Of a DNA stretch of 64,000 bases, positions 46,901-59,118 are shown piece by piece. The notes under the pieces are model-generated. The model worked only from the letters and a program-made list of their open reading frames with translations. It did no database searches and was not told where the DNA came from. This DNA comes from Phoronis australis. Lineage: Eukaryota > Animalia > Phoronida. The translations under genes were made by a program, and so were the position numbers. Positions within the stretch are counted from its first letter, which is position 1. Each line of letters opens with the position of its first letter. Where the stretch lies: positions 189,065 through 253,064 of the forward strand of contig NMRA01000360.1 of the NCBI GenBank assembly GCA_002633005.1, given 5' to 3'.

Positions 46901-49900
46901 AAGCATGCATAACATTCAAAATAAATTTAACGACCTCTAAGTTAACTATGAACTATAAATATACCATGTATACAAACGAATTACGAGATATTACTAATAA
47001 AACAAAATAATGAAGACTTTTCGAGCAAGCGATTGCACATTCAGTTACAAGGAAAAAATGGCGGCGTTCAGGACAAGTTCCTGAACTGATGAGCCGGAAA
47101 TGCGGGTACGGAAATAGCCGATGACAGCCAGTAATTATCTGCTCACAGAGAAGGTTCAAATGCAGGTAAAAAAACGCTTGTGGCACGAAAGGCGAAAAGA
47201 ATATAACGAAAGAGTATCGAATTCAAAATAATATTTTATTTATAAGTATTTTCAGATACTGGAGGCACATTGGCATTTTAAGATAAGGACTTTAAAACTT
47301 CCCCACATTGTCACTTTTAAATGCCCGTGCTCAGATTATCGACCATCTGCAGTTTATATGATTTAGGCCTTGAATGTGCCTGCATCTTCGAATTCCCTTT
47401 TTGAATTTTAGCACCCAAATTTGCTTTGTGAAACGGATAGTCAAATATTCAGGTGGCGCCTTTGCCTTATTCGGGTGGGAAAATAAATAAATTAAAATAT
47501 TAGGTGTTAAAATGCCATTTCATTACCGATGGCTAAAAATTAAGGTAAAATGATATAAAATAAAAAGATGAATGTTGGTATAAAAATCTTTTAAATTTTA
47601 TTGAACTATATTAAAATATTCCCCATGTTTCGAGAGGTGCCTCCGTTATCTAGTGTACATTACAGACTGCGGAATAGTGTGCAAGGTAACACAGTCGACC
47701 ACATGCTGACAAACAATAGGTAGATTATGGGTCCAACCGTAGGAACAAACATAATGAGAGGAAGGATATAAACTATTACCGTCTATTCATTCACAAATTC
47801 TTGTGTTCTTGACATTTTCTAAAAGGAATTATTTAAATATCCCACAGCACAGTCCTATTATCGTAATTTCACAACACAATGATGCTTTAAGAAAGTGCCA
47901 TAAAATCCCATTACGTTAAATCTGTGTCCACATCATGTTTGTCCCACATAAACTGTATTGCTGTCTGGTGCCACAGCTTATTTGAGTGGGTCGCTGTTTT
48001 ACCGAAGTTGGACTATTGTACACTGCAGGTAACATTCTTTGGTTGGACCCCCTAAGTGCAGCGCGGGCCATGATAGGACTTAGTGAAGCCATTGTACCCA
48101 CCTCTGTGAAAGTCAAAGCCAAGGCTGGACAAGAGCAGGCCAGTGAAGACAAAGGTCAGTTTCTTGCTGGATCATGGTTTGTACAGTCTTGAAAAGCTCT
48201 TAATTTTATAGCCTTGGCCTTAAAAGTAGTTCTTGAATTTAATTACCGTATTGCCGCGCCATTAGGCCCATGGGCGTCTGTGCAGAACTGCACTTATATG
48301 CGAAACTTAGGCACCAGTGCCACTATGTGAACCACTTGGGTAAAAAAGGCTGCGAAAAAAGGCATCCTTTCGGATATAGGCTCATGGGCCTAAAGGCACG
48401 GCATTATGGTAATACAAAACTATTAATTTCTTGAAAATACGCCAAGAAGCTCGAAAGATTCAGAGTCAAACGTTAGACGGCACAGTGGTAGTCAAAACAG
48501 GTGCGCCTATATGCAAATTAATACGGGAACCATTACTTGGGCTTATGTGCAGAATTTAGCCACATGCGCCAATATGCTAACCACTGGGGTAAAAAAGGGT
48601 CGCGAAAAGACATTATTTCAGATATAGGCCTGAAGGCGCAGCAATATGGTTCGTCCTTGAACTGTCCTTACATTTCAACTTCTAGCCTTGAAAATGTATG
48701 ACATGAATTATAAGTAGGCATTTCTTTGGCCATCTTAAAGTATTACAGTGTTCTTGGAAGAACAAGCACAGATATCTGGTACACTCATGGTTGGGCACTT
48801 GGGATTGTATTTTCCTTGTAGACGGTCAGGTTTGAACCTGGAACTTTTCAGTTGTCAGTCCAGCACTCTCACCACTTGGCCACTGGGTCATTTATAAACT
48901 TTGAGTATAGTTTACAATTACATCTCCCTTGGTAGGTTGACTGAAGACATAACTGGAGACATGTCCGACAGAAACATTTTCTCCAAAAATGCTATAAGTG
49001 TTATCATTGCCACCTCAATTCGGTTTTATTTGTGTGGAGCGTAAGATCAAATCTCTGACTTAAATTTAAAGTCATTATGCAGGACCCTGGGCAGTTGAAA
49101 TTCTATTTATAGAAAACGCATTGAACAAAGGAGAGAATGGCTCCGGCGATGCACCAGCCAACAAGGAAGAAGCCATGTCCGAAGACGATGATGAGCTGAA
49201 CTTGATGAGCAGTGATGAAGAAGATGATGAGAAGAGAGCTGACTGGAGCTCAGACACTAGACCAACTCAGGTAGTGTTAAGTCTTATTTGCACTTTGATG
49301 TTTTAGGTCTACCACGGCAATAGTGTAGCAGTCACGTATCCAGAAGGGGGTGCAGGGGTGCAGGTCCATTCGCCTGGACCATAGTTGTATTGCTGCAGTA
49401 AAGTAATGCTAAGTGCCTCACTTTCAGACCGTGATCCCAGCTCTACAACTTTAAAGTATAATTTGCAAGGTCCAAGTAATGTTAAATTGCAATAATATCT
49501 TCAAAGTATTGCTATTTGGATGTATTTTATTCAAATTATCTTATAATTGTATCTTTAGTTATTTTAAAAACACGAAAATAAAAAATCCGCGAAAAAGTTG
49601 GCGTTTGACACCGTGACGTGGTGTTGGGGAACACAAACTAGATCATATCCCACGATGCAGTTCACCGCAATTATATCACAGTACATGACGAACAAAGACC
49701 GTTCAATCTTGGCGTGTTTTAGCAATGGTGCATCGGTGTGTGTGTGCGCTAACTGTTCTAACACCCACCTCCTCTTTCACGTCCGAAAGGTCGTAATCAT
49801 CTGAAAAGTCCACCTGTCCGTCCCTGTATCTTTCAAAGTATTCCTCATCTACGCTGCTGTACTCACTTGGACACACATTGCTTTCTTTGTGTTCCCCTAC

Positions 49901-52900
49901 ACCACGTCACAGATGTGTAACAAACAAAAATGGTGCAGTTTCTATTCTCCGTTACAACAATGGCGTTACAACACCACGGCACTAAATATGCAAATATCTT
50001 TGTATAGTGATGTACAATTCAGTTAACGTTAAGAATATAGCAATTATAATATTATAAACAAGAATTTAGACCATATTCTTGTTCAGTTTGGTTTGACCTT
50101 GCAATTACCTCTTCAAGGTTATGTAGGACCCTTAAAAAATTCTAAATTTTGTTTACTTTGGAACATCATATCTCAGAAACTGTTTATTGGATTTATATGA
50201 AACTTTCAGATAACGTGCATTGTACATTGTTCTCCATAGCGTATTCAGAATAGATCACTTTTGCCTGAGGAGCTATCAAAAATAGAACTTTTAGGACTTT
50301 ATGAAAAAATCAAAGGTTGCATGAAACGAAAATGAAATGATAATGTAGAAAACTGAAACAACATTTTTGAGATATCATTTTGAATATTTATATATAACAA
50401 AATTTGGTCGTGTTATTGATATCATTGTTTTGCTCTGATTGTACCTTTTTTTGCTAAATTTTACTAAAAGCATGTGGTTGCGTGACTCAATTGATGGTAG
50501 AGTGGCAAAAAGTCAAAAATCAAATTCTTCAGGCATTGTGCTGTCAGAAAATATGTACTGTGAGTTAAAATCTACACTTTTCTAGACATTTGATTAAACA
50601 CATAGACTTCCCAATAAGGTCTTGCATAACCTTAAAACCTCCATCACGTTCTCAAATTATAAAAGACACCGTCTTCTCTCTGTAACCAGCCAGTGTTTGC
50701 ACTGGATTCATATTACCTTGTAAACCAGCTTAGACATCTGATTGGTTCTCGGCGCACCTTCCAACTTGCAGACCAATCATATGTTTCAGCAGATTGAGTC
50801 GCCAGAGCCAGGAAAGCGAATCAAGTGTGGTCATTGTGCCATGCTGGTTTACATAGAATGGCAATGCGTGATCTGTTGTTGGCAATGTTTATTCTAAAAA
50901 AATTAAAACCGAGACGGGCAAGAGATCTTTTATCTATGCAGCTGCTATAATATGGAATTCTTTTAGCCCAGAAATTAAACGGTCCAATTCAATTACTACC
51001 TTTAAAGTAAATATTAAAAAGTGGCTGTAATTTACTTGACCTTTTAAACCGTGCCTGTCTTAATCATGACTCATTTTTCCATTGTCGTAAATACTCTCAC
51101 TGTCTAGATTCATCTCTTAATTTATTTCATCTGTCTTAGTTAAATTTTTACCATTATTTGTCATTTAGTTATTGTCTTAATTCTCAACCTGTTCTAGTGG
51201 TATCTTTGTTACGTATATTTCATTGTTGTTTTATTACTTCATTGTACTATATTACTGTTTTTCTTGTTGAGGGCCCTCTTGGAAAGCAGTGCTATCACTG
51301 AAGAGGCCACCCTCATTTTAAATATCACAATAATAAAATAAATTAGAGCTCAGTCCTGTTCGCACATAGAGGATGTAAGAAAGCGGAGAAGTGATAGGTA
51401 GAGGGCAGGTGTGAAAGGAGGAATGGGGGACTTGAAGAGTGGGGGCAGTCATGTGGGTTTTGTTTCACTTCAGGGTCAATAGTCGGATATAACGTGTTCG
51501 CATTTAGATAACCAGCTTTATGTCCGTTATACAGTTGACAAAACTGGTTCTCATAATGTGGGCTCGTTATATATCAGAGTATTAACACCTAAGGTACTAT
51601 ATTGTTGTTTGGAAAGTAGGTAATCTTATGTAATTATCAATACAAAATATGAACTTCTGATTTTCCTAGACATAATGTAGTATTGTTATTATCATGTCAC
51701 TAATTAACAATAGTAATGAACATTGCTGGAGAAATCTGTGTTGAATCGTAAATCAACCACATTTTGGCAAGACCAAAAAGGTTTAGTCTTCCCCTCTAAG
51801 TAGTGCTGTTTTGAATATTAATTTCTGTGCATTGTAGGAAAATAAAGAATCAGCAAATGACGTGGATAGCAAGGAATCGCCTGTTCGTAACGAAGATCCT
51901 CCTGACGAACCTGAAAATGACGTGGAGACACCACCTGGTAGGTGGCGCTTGGGTGTTCCTCACCGTAAAGCACAGCAGCTGTTTCTACGATATGCCACAA
52001 AAGGTATGAGTTGATCGTAAAGGATGCATTGTTGGCAAATACGGAGTCCTGTTGGCAAGTACTATGTAAAGAATGTGTAAATGTTAAGAGTGTGTCGCAA
52101 TGTGAAATCTTGCTTCAGAAAGAACAGCGAGGCATTGCTTTGCAAAATTCAAGGGTTCTTTTTTACTAATTAGAATCTTGCTTCAGAAAGAACAGTGAGA
52201 CATTGCTTTGCAAAATTCAAGGGTTCTTTTTTACTAATTAGAGAGTGGGTTGTTATGTCCATTTTAACCCTTATCCTGCTAAGCCTCTATTCAGACAACT
52301 TTCCCTGTGCACTGAGCTAAGTAGGTCACCACTGCTGTGCGCACTGGGCTGTTATGAAGGTCACTCAGATTAATGACCTAACATTTTTAGATAGGAAATT
52401 TGAAGGGGTAATATCAACTTTACATAAAAGTGGTCTGCACAAAAGTTGTTCAGAATTCAATGGAGATTTTCACGATATGCATATCTTTACCATAGCCTTG
52501 GTGTAAATAATTCTATAAACTTTCAAACTGGACACACTTTGTTTTTATCTGTTTTCGCACATGAGAACAGAGCTGACTCTCAAAAACCGTAATAAGCATT
52601 TTTAAAAGGNNNNNNNNNNNNNNNNNNNNNNNNNNNNNNNNNNNNNNNNNNNNNNNNNNNNNNNNNNNNNNNNNNNNNNNNNNNNNNNNNNNNNNNNNNN
52701 NNNNNNNNNNNNNNNNNNNNNNNNNNNNNNNNNNNNNNNNNNNNNNNNNNNNNNNNNNNNNNNNNNNNNNNNNNNNNNNNTACAAGGTCTTTAAGTCTCG
52801 GAATACTGGCAGAGGACAATGCAAGTTTTGCAGGAATCACTCAGTCATCAATCACCAGTAGCAGGAGTCGGGCAGCTCCGTTACTCAGGAGAAAAATTTC

Positions 52901-55900
52901 AGTGACTTTCTAAAATGTTGATTTATTATTTACTGGTAAATACTTTTCTGGGATGCATTATAGTACCCATCATGACTTTGTAGAATGTTTGCTTTTCCCA
53001 GAAACTGTATACCAGTTCTTGCACATTCATCTAAAGCCTTTTCTACACTCTCCCAATTGACCCATCGCCAGGATTTTGAGTGACGGCTTAACTGACCAAT
53101 CAGAACGCAGCATTTTTGACTCGCCTTTGTTTCCAAGCTGCCGTTTTACCTGAAAAACAGCACACAACTTATTGTTTGTTACTTTTCGCAAGCGGGTGGA
53201 GCTTGCAATAGGTCAGTTGTTGTATACAACTTCGACAATGACTGTCAGATATGACTTATGTGTTGACAGTTGTCCTGACATGAGTTTTCAAGGTAAAAAA
53301 TTTGTATTCACGAAATCTTATAAACAAGCGAAGTGTGCAGACAGTGGTCTGGGAGTCTTATACGAGGTCATAAATGAAAAATCGGAGTCCGTAGACAAGG
53401 ATTATGTATACAGCTGCAGGCTTGTGTCTGTTGTATCGGAATGTCTAAAAGTGAATGTCTGTCATGATGGTTTTTGTCTATTTTTATTGTGGAATCTTGT
53501 TACAATGTTGGGTAAAATTTCACCAATTTCAGACAAAAATAGTTGCCAAAATTGCCCGTTTTCATTTCTTAAGGGAGTCCAAGATCTTTGCAAATTCACA
53601 CAAATTTTCAAAATATTGTCTAGTTGTAGCCGTGCTACAGAACTTGAACACGGAAAAGCGTAAATTTGGTGCTATGTATCTTTGGTAGAAAAACTGAGAA
53701 AATGAAATTATTACTTGTGTCCTAATTGGTGAGCTTTTACAGTACCTCAAAAGACCTTTGAAGTCTGAATGTTACAACGACAGTTCGTTCATAACAAGGG
53801 TAGACTGACATACCTTGGGTAAAATCGGGACTTGGGTGTGTGTGTGTGTGTGTGTGTTACATCACTGTTAGGGTTCTGAGAAAGGTTCGTTGTAACAAAG
53901 TTCAACTGTTTTCCAAGTCATTGCTTGAGGTTAATTCAACCTTCACGCCTTGATATTTAGTTTCGTTATATTCATTTTTGCTTGAATGGTTTGTGTATAG
54001 GCGCATGGACCATAGCAGGCGTATGTATGGTAGTGGGGACTTGGTAAACAAATGTGAGAAGTTGTTTGTCTGGGCTTCAGGTAATTCTAAAAAAGGGAGC
54101 CAGTTTCACGTCACACTTCTATTAAACCGTACTTTCATTGGTGTACCCTACGCATTGCAGCTGATCACAAACAGAAGGGGGCAGAGAAACGCAGCAAGTA
54201 TTACCAGAAGTATGGCAATCCTAACTATGGTGGAATGAAAGGACTCATCAGTTCGTCTAGGTAATTTTTTGTCTTTGAATTGTGCAGTTTGGTGACATAA
54301 TGGCGCATATGTAGACCCTTGTGGCTTTCTCTGAAGTAATGTGTTTTTTCATGGACGATTTTTTATTACAGCTAAGCTTCACGTATAGAAACAAGCTGCA
54401 CAACCTGCATGTCTTAAAGTGGGTGTTATTCACATTTTTGTGAATTTTTAATATTTTGAATTTAATGTCAGTGTGAAATCATATACTCCCCGACGTCTAC
54501 TATTTTGTAACAGATACCTCAAGTTTCACTCAGTGCTCCTCAGTGTTACCCACGTGTCTCACACATTGGTGCGTGCATCTAAATCCAAGTATAGGTGCAC
54601 CTTCACATTTAGACTCGTAATCCTAAATACTTACACATTTGGTAAATTTTTTGAAAATGCATCAGTTTGTTGAAAGTGTTAGGAGTTCTTGTGATGGAGA
54701 TTTACTATAAAGTAATACGCTCGTTATAAAAATGTTTTTGCACCCTACTCGACCTTTGGTGTAAACAACCATCTTTTGAGTGGCGGTATTTGTAACCCTA
54801 TGATTCATACAGAATAAGGTAGTGACCAGCAGTGACTGTACAGTCAAGATTTTTCATCATGGCCTTGTGTTAAGTGTTGCGAGATGTGATGACTGAAATA
54901 TTTTACTCGTTGAAACCTGTGTTGCTGCAATTTTATGAACAACTAGAAATACAGGTCGAAAAATCTTGACTCAAATGGGTAATTTTTATGCGCCCACATA
55001 TTTATTGCTGCCTGGACGTATGGCGTCCGCAGCTGTATTTCCTAAACCCCTAACAGAATCTTGATGAGATTTGGCAGATGTGTTCCTAACAAGCTGACGA
55101 CTGATGACGACCGTTTGCGGTGCATTCATGGGTGCATTTTAACGCTTTGCGTTGCTCTTGTTTGTATTTTTCTTCACATTGGTGACATGCAGAAGCTGTT
55201 TCGTGAATTCTGTTGATAATCAATTTTAATGGATTGAGAAGCTAGTAGTGTCTTAATGAGAAAAAGATTACTACGTGATCTGACTCGCAACACGTTTGTA
55301 CTGACCTCACTGCATTTTTAAAGGAAGAGGAAACTCCGAGCGCGAAACAGAGAAGATGAGACGAGAGAGGATCGCAAGGCGATGGAGACAATTCCAGAGG
55401 GAGTTACAACATATGAGGACCTGGACATGTTTGGGGGGACATATGTGGAGCCAGGCGATGCTCCGGATCCTGCTATAGAAGAGAGCAGGGTACAGCCATA
55501 CAGGGATGAGGAATACAAAGAATTCTCAGGTGAGGAATCAGTGTCTGGTAAATGTGTGTCAGGGCTTGGAATTTTCCGCGGAAACGCGGATTTCCGCTTT
55601 TTTGAAATGTGCTTTCCGCTTTTTTTATAATATTTCCGCGTAAAACAATCGGATTTGATATGAAATTTCCGCGGCAAATTCCTTTCTTACCGCGGCGTTG
55701 CAGACGACGTTCACCTCGGGAAGCGGAAGTCTTTATGTTTCGGAGGAACGTAAATTGTCAACATNAGTCCGCCCGATTTTTGTCGCGGAAAGGTTCACAT
55801 TGACCATTTCAAAGGCTGGTTATCGGGCATGATTTGGGCCGTAAAAGTTTCCGCGTTTTTTGTCATTGGTCATTCCAAGCCCTGGTGTGTGCACGTTGAG

Positions 55901-58135
55901 AAAATGCTACCAAATTTCCATGATAGCTGTTGAAATGAAGACTAGAATCCTGTTGTGTATTAGAATAAACGCGTTTTGATGTTTACATAGAAGAGCATGA
56001 TTTTATTTTCTTCATTAAGAAAGTTGTTCTCTCCTCAATAAGACTGTAACATAACTCATGTTCATGTAGCATAACTCATGTTCATGTAGCATAACTCATG
56101 TTCATGAAAAGTATGTTCACTTCATCTGTTGTTTCTGCGATATTTAGTTTCACTTCATCAATTAAGTCTTAGTTTGTTGTTAGGTGTTGTATGGATAACC
56201 AACTGAGCAACTGTTGTTCCTCTCAGGTTCGGATAATGAAGACGACGTCGTCGGTGACTCGGAGCCAGCTAACGACCAGGCGGAGGGAGAGGACGACGGA
56301 GACGCATTACAATATGAAAAAGAGCTGGCCATTTTACTGCAACCTCCACCCAAGAAGAGGACGATGAGGATGCATGCAGACGACTATGAGGATGAAATAG
56401 AGGCCAAAAAGTAGGTGCTACAGGGCTCATAATTTTCCTTTTTTAAGGGGATTTCCTCTTTTTTGGTTTTGATTTCCTCTTAATATTTGAATCCTCTTTG
56501 CATCTCTTTTTATCATTATATTTTTACTTTTTCGTGTAAAAACGTTTCTTGCATTAAAATTTTACACACAAAAAATAAATTTCCATCGTATAAGCCTATT
56601 TGTAGAATGATATGTCACCTGGGAAATTTTCATCCTATTGGTCAATAAAAGCCCTGGTGCCATTAGGAGTCTGGAAAAATATTAATATAATTCTGTGGAA
56701 CAAGTTATTTAAGTTGCATTTTGCCCGAAAATCAAATTAAACCTTTTACTCTCATAATGTCAATTACCCTGATAAGATTACATTTCTTTTACCGACTGAA
56801 CACGTACATGCGGCGTTTTCGAATTCGCAATTTTATAGTTGGCCAACCCCAATAAGTTCTGATGTGTTTTCTTGAGCCGCTGATGGTTTCTATGCTCTTC
56901 TTGGTTAGAGAATAAAGAAAAATGTGAGACAGGTTTTGTGAGAGTAAAAGGCCTAATATTAGTTTTATTTTTTAGCCAGCTAAGCATGGTGAAATTCAGC
57001 TTTAAATTGTTCTTGCAGAATTTTGTAATGACTGGTTTACTTTGCTGAAGAGTTGAAACTGTGATTCCCACAAATGTTGCAGCGCCCTCAATTGGTCTTC
57101 CTGGACATCAACTCCAGAGGCCTGAACCATGAGCCAGATATCTTAAATGTTTTTAATGTGTTCAATGTAATAGTTCTCAGTACATAAGGTCCTAGAAAAA
57201 TGTCCAAATTTGGCTAACTTTGGATAACATCATATCTCAGAAATGGCTTATCGTATTTAATTAAAATTATGCTCCGAGGAATTGTTCTAAAATGTTCTGT
57301 TTTTGCAAGAATGGCTATCAAAAATAGGAATTCAATCTTTTTGAAGAAAATTTAAAGTTGTATAAAACAAAAACAAAAATAATTTAGAATACTGTATGTT
57401 TTTGAGATTTCATTGTGAACATTTGTACCAAACGAAATTTGTTCACGTGATGTCATTCATGCCATTGTTCTGTTAAGTTTTACTAAAAGAAGGAGTGAAC
57501 AAATGACTCCATCAATGGCAGACTGGCTTATTAAGTTTAAAAATCTAACTTTACAGGTTTCTACTTTCAGAAAAGCATCATAAGTTTGCTTAGTATAGTT
57601 TTGTAAATATTTGACTTTTCAATAAAGTTCTACATCTCCTTATGCACTAATGTTCGCAAAAATTTTACACTACAATTTTTCCATCAAAATGAGATCCTTG
57701 ATAGAGTGTAGTTTTGGTTTAGATCCTTTTCTGTGTTTTACATGTTTGTATTGTGAACAGAATGCCTGTTAATAAAATAAATCTCTTATTAATGGTTATC
57801 TCAAATGAGTCTCTGTGGTAGATTTAGTTGTTCATTTATGTTTTTTTTAATGTTTTTATAGGCAAAAGATTGAAAGTATAAAAACTGCAGCCTTGAAATC
57901 AATAGATGCCCGGGAGAAAATTAGCAAGAAACAGAAAGTGAGTATCCACGACCGATTGGGCAGTATGAGATCGAACTTTGAGCCCGTTGCTAATGATGAT
58001 TTACGCAGCCGACTGGGTAAACACAGACAATCACTGAACCGTCTTAAAGACTTGCCGAACATTCAAGTGGAAGTTGATTTCGATGACGAGGATGATGAGA
58101 TTGAAGACGATGATCTGGAGTTATTCGGAGTGTGA
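40998..58135 (+). CDS. NCBP3: Nuclear cap-binding protein subunit 3 (NCBP3/C17orf85), about 576 aa
   Basis: Exons 40998-41180 (alternative donor 41156; alternative ATG 41016), 41991-42053, 43544-43638, 44580-44737, 48029-48154, 49113-49270, 51838-52003, 54161-54260, 55324-55547 (alternative donor 55529), 56227-56410, 57862-58135 (TGA). Total 1731 nt, in frame. Motifs RKYDNPAGDFVTGLDLTS, ERAKRFG, IHLRGVDEMNTKDIFSYF..EWIDDHSCNILW, LFLRYATK..SKYYQKYGNPNYGGMKGLISS and MRMHADD match NCBP3. Confidence 0.95.
43738..44155. mobile_element. hAT-like MITE, same subfamily as 55560-55884, left end truncated at n
   Basis: Shared interior GATATGAAATTTCCGCGGCAAATTCC... and right TIR ATTCCAAGCCCTG. Confidence 0.7.
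45542..45725. repeat. Tandem duplication, about 92 bp x2
   Basis: TGGTTAGTCCTGTGTCACACTGCCG...GAAGACTATCGTCAAA repeated. Confidence 0.85.
48760..48889 (-). mobile_element. tRNA-like SINE head of another family
   Basis: Minus strand GTGGCCAAGTGG (A box) ... CCAGGTTCAAACCTG (B box); no complete acceptor stem. Confidence 0.5.
49451..50635. mobile_element. Two adjacent TTAA-bounded non-autonomous DNA elements (about 49451-50115 and 50112-50635)
   Basis: Inverted ends TTAAAGTATAATTTGCAAGGTC / GACCTTGCAATTACCTCTTCAA and TTCAAGGTTATGTAGGACC / GGTCTTGCATAACCTTAA. The second resembles 57185-57640. Confidence 0.5.
52610..52780. other. Assembly gap (171 n)
   Basis: Run of n inside an NCBP3 intron. 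Confidence 0.99.
54985..55163 (+). mobile_element. Internally deleted copy of the same HINE family
   Basis: Keeps both termini (TTTTATGCGCCCAC ... GGGTGCAT-CAACGC/GCGTTG-like hairpin-CTCTTGTT) but lacks the repeat core. Confidence 0.7.
55560..55884. mobile_element. hAT-like MITE (CAGGGCTTGGAAT TIR), GC-rich subfamily
   Basis: Perfect 13-bp TIRs; interior near-identical to 43738-44155; imperfect 8-bp flanks ATGTGTGT/GTGTGTGC; single n inside. Confidence 0.75.
56421..56656. mobile_element. hAT-like MITE, T-rich subfamily related to 21926-22157
   Basis: CAGGGCT...AGCCCTG termini; interior homologous to 21926-22157. Confidence 0.65.
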
Positions 58136-58562
58136 TCCATGTGTGTCAGGAACTCATGTCGGTAGCATTGCTTTAGAGCCCAACGCTGTATAGCATGGCC
58201 GACTCTGACTACATCAGGAGGTTATCCATCAGGGCTGGGTTGCACAAAAGTTACGTGTATACGCTGGACAGCAGCAGTGACGTCGCACTATCCCTCGTCA
58301 CATTTCCGTTATAGTTAAATAGATTTGATTTCAAGCAACGGTCAAATCTACTCATCGGATAAGTGCTCAACTGGTTTTGTTTAACCTGGCCCAGATTTGG
58401 GCTAATATACATACACATGTGTAACCTAGCTCAGATTTGGGCTAATATACATAAGCACGAGACAGATCGTTATTTGCATTTCACTTTGCACCACAGAACA
58501 GTGAATTGGAATGTTTTTATGTGAACCAGTGCTGTGGCAGTTTGGAACATGAAATTATTTTT

Positions 58563-58568
58563 AATAAA
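58563..58568 (+). promoter_or_regulatory. Probable NCBP3 polyadenylation signal
   Basis: AATAAA about 430 nt after the NCBP3 stop codon. Confidence 0.5.
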
Positions 58569-58878
58569 TGTGCTTTTAGGAAATTACATTGTTCTTGCAA
58601 CCAAAACACTACTCTGCAATGTAAGAAACAATACTGATGACACAGTCATTTGAATAGTTAATGAGGTTTATCAATTTATTAAGACCATGGTGTATCCAAA
58701 GCCTCTATTATCAGTATATATGGTAATGAGGTCAAGTCGTGCTACCTCGCAAATTTTAAATTTTTGGGTGTTTCAAAATTTTATAGAGTTGGTACCATGA
58801 AACAAGTCCAAAAAACAAACTCTTTTATGAGAAGTTTTGAACATCATTTTAGAAATGTTCTTCCTGACAATGTAAAGA

Positions 58879-59118
58879 GAAGGCAGTGTGACCTAGTGTG
58901 ATAGGTGCCGGCTTCTTAACTCGAGGTCGTGGGTTTGAGTCCCACTGTGTCACACTGCTAAACCCTTGAGTCAGGTTTCTTGTCCCCCAGCTCGGTTTTA
59001 ACTATTAATAAAACATGAAAATGACTCCCAGTGATCAGTGCAATGAGCCAGCCTGCGCACGTCTGGAACAACATGTATCGGGCGCCTGCAATTATTTTAT
59101 ATAGGATATATATAAAGA
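58879..59118 (+). mobile_element. tRNA-derived SINE
   Basis: tRNA-like head with A-box-like TGACCTAGTGTG and B-box GGTTTGAGTCC, then AAACCCTTGAGTCAGG and an AT-rich tail. Homologous copy on the minus strand at about 9872-10110. Confidence 0.7.

Noticed and set aside
53172-53688. 163-aa and 77-aa ORFs in an NCBP3 intron
   Set aside because: They overlap MITE-derived sequence, have no domain motifs, and are not needed for the NCBP3 reading frame.
2247-58135. U12-type or non-canonical introns in HIRA/NCBP3
   Set aside because: All inferred introns are GT-AG and none has the GTATCCT U12 donor.
58879-58950. tRNA gene
   Set aside because: Acceptor and anticodon stems are poor, and it continues into a body shared with 9872-10110, so it is a SINE head.
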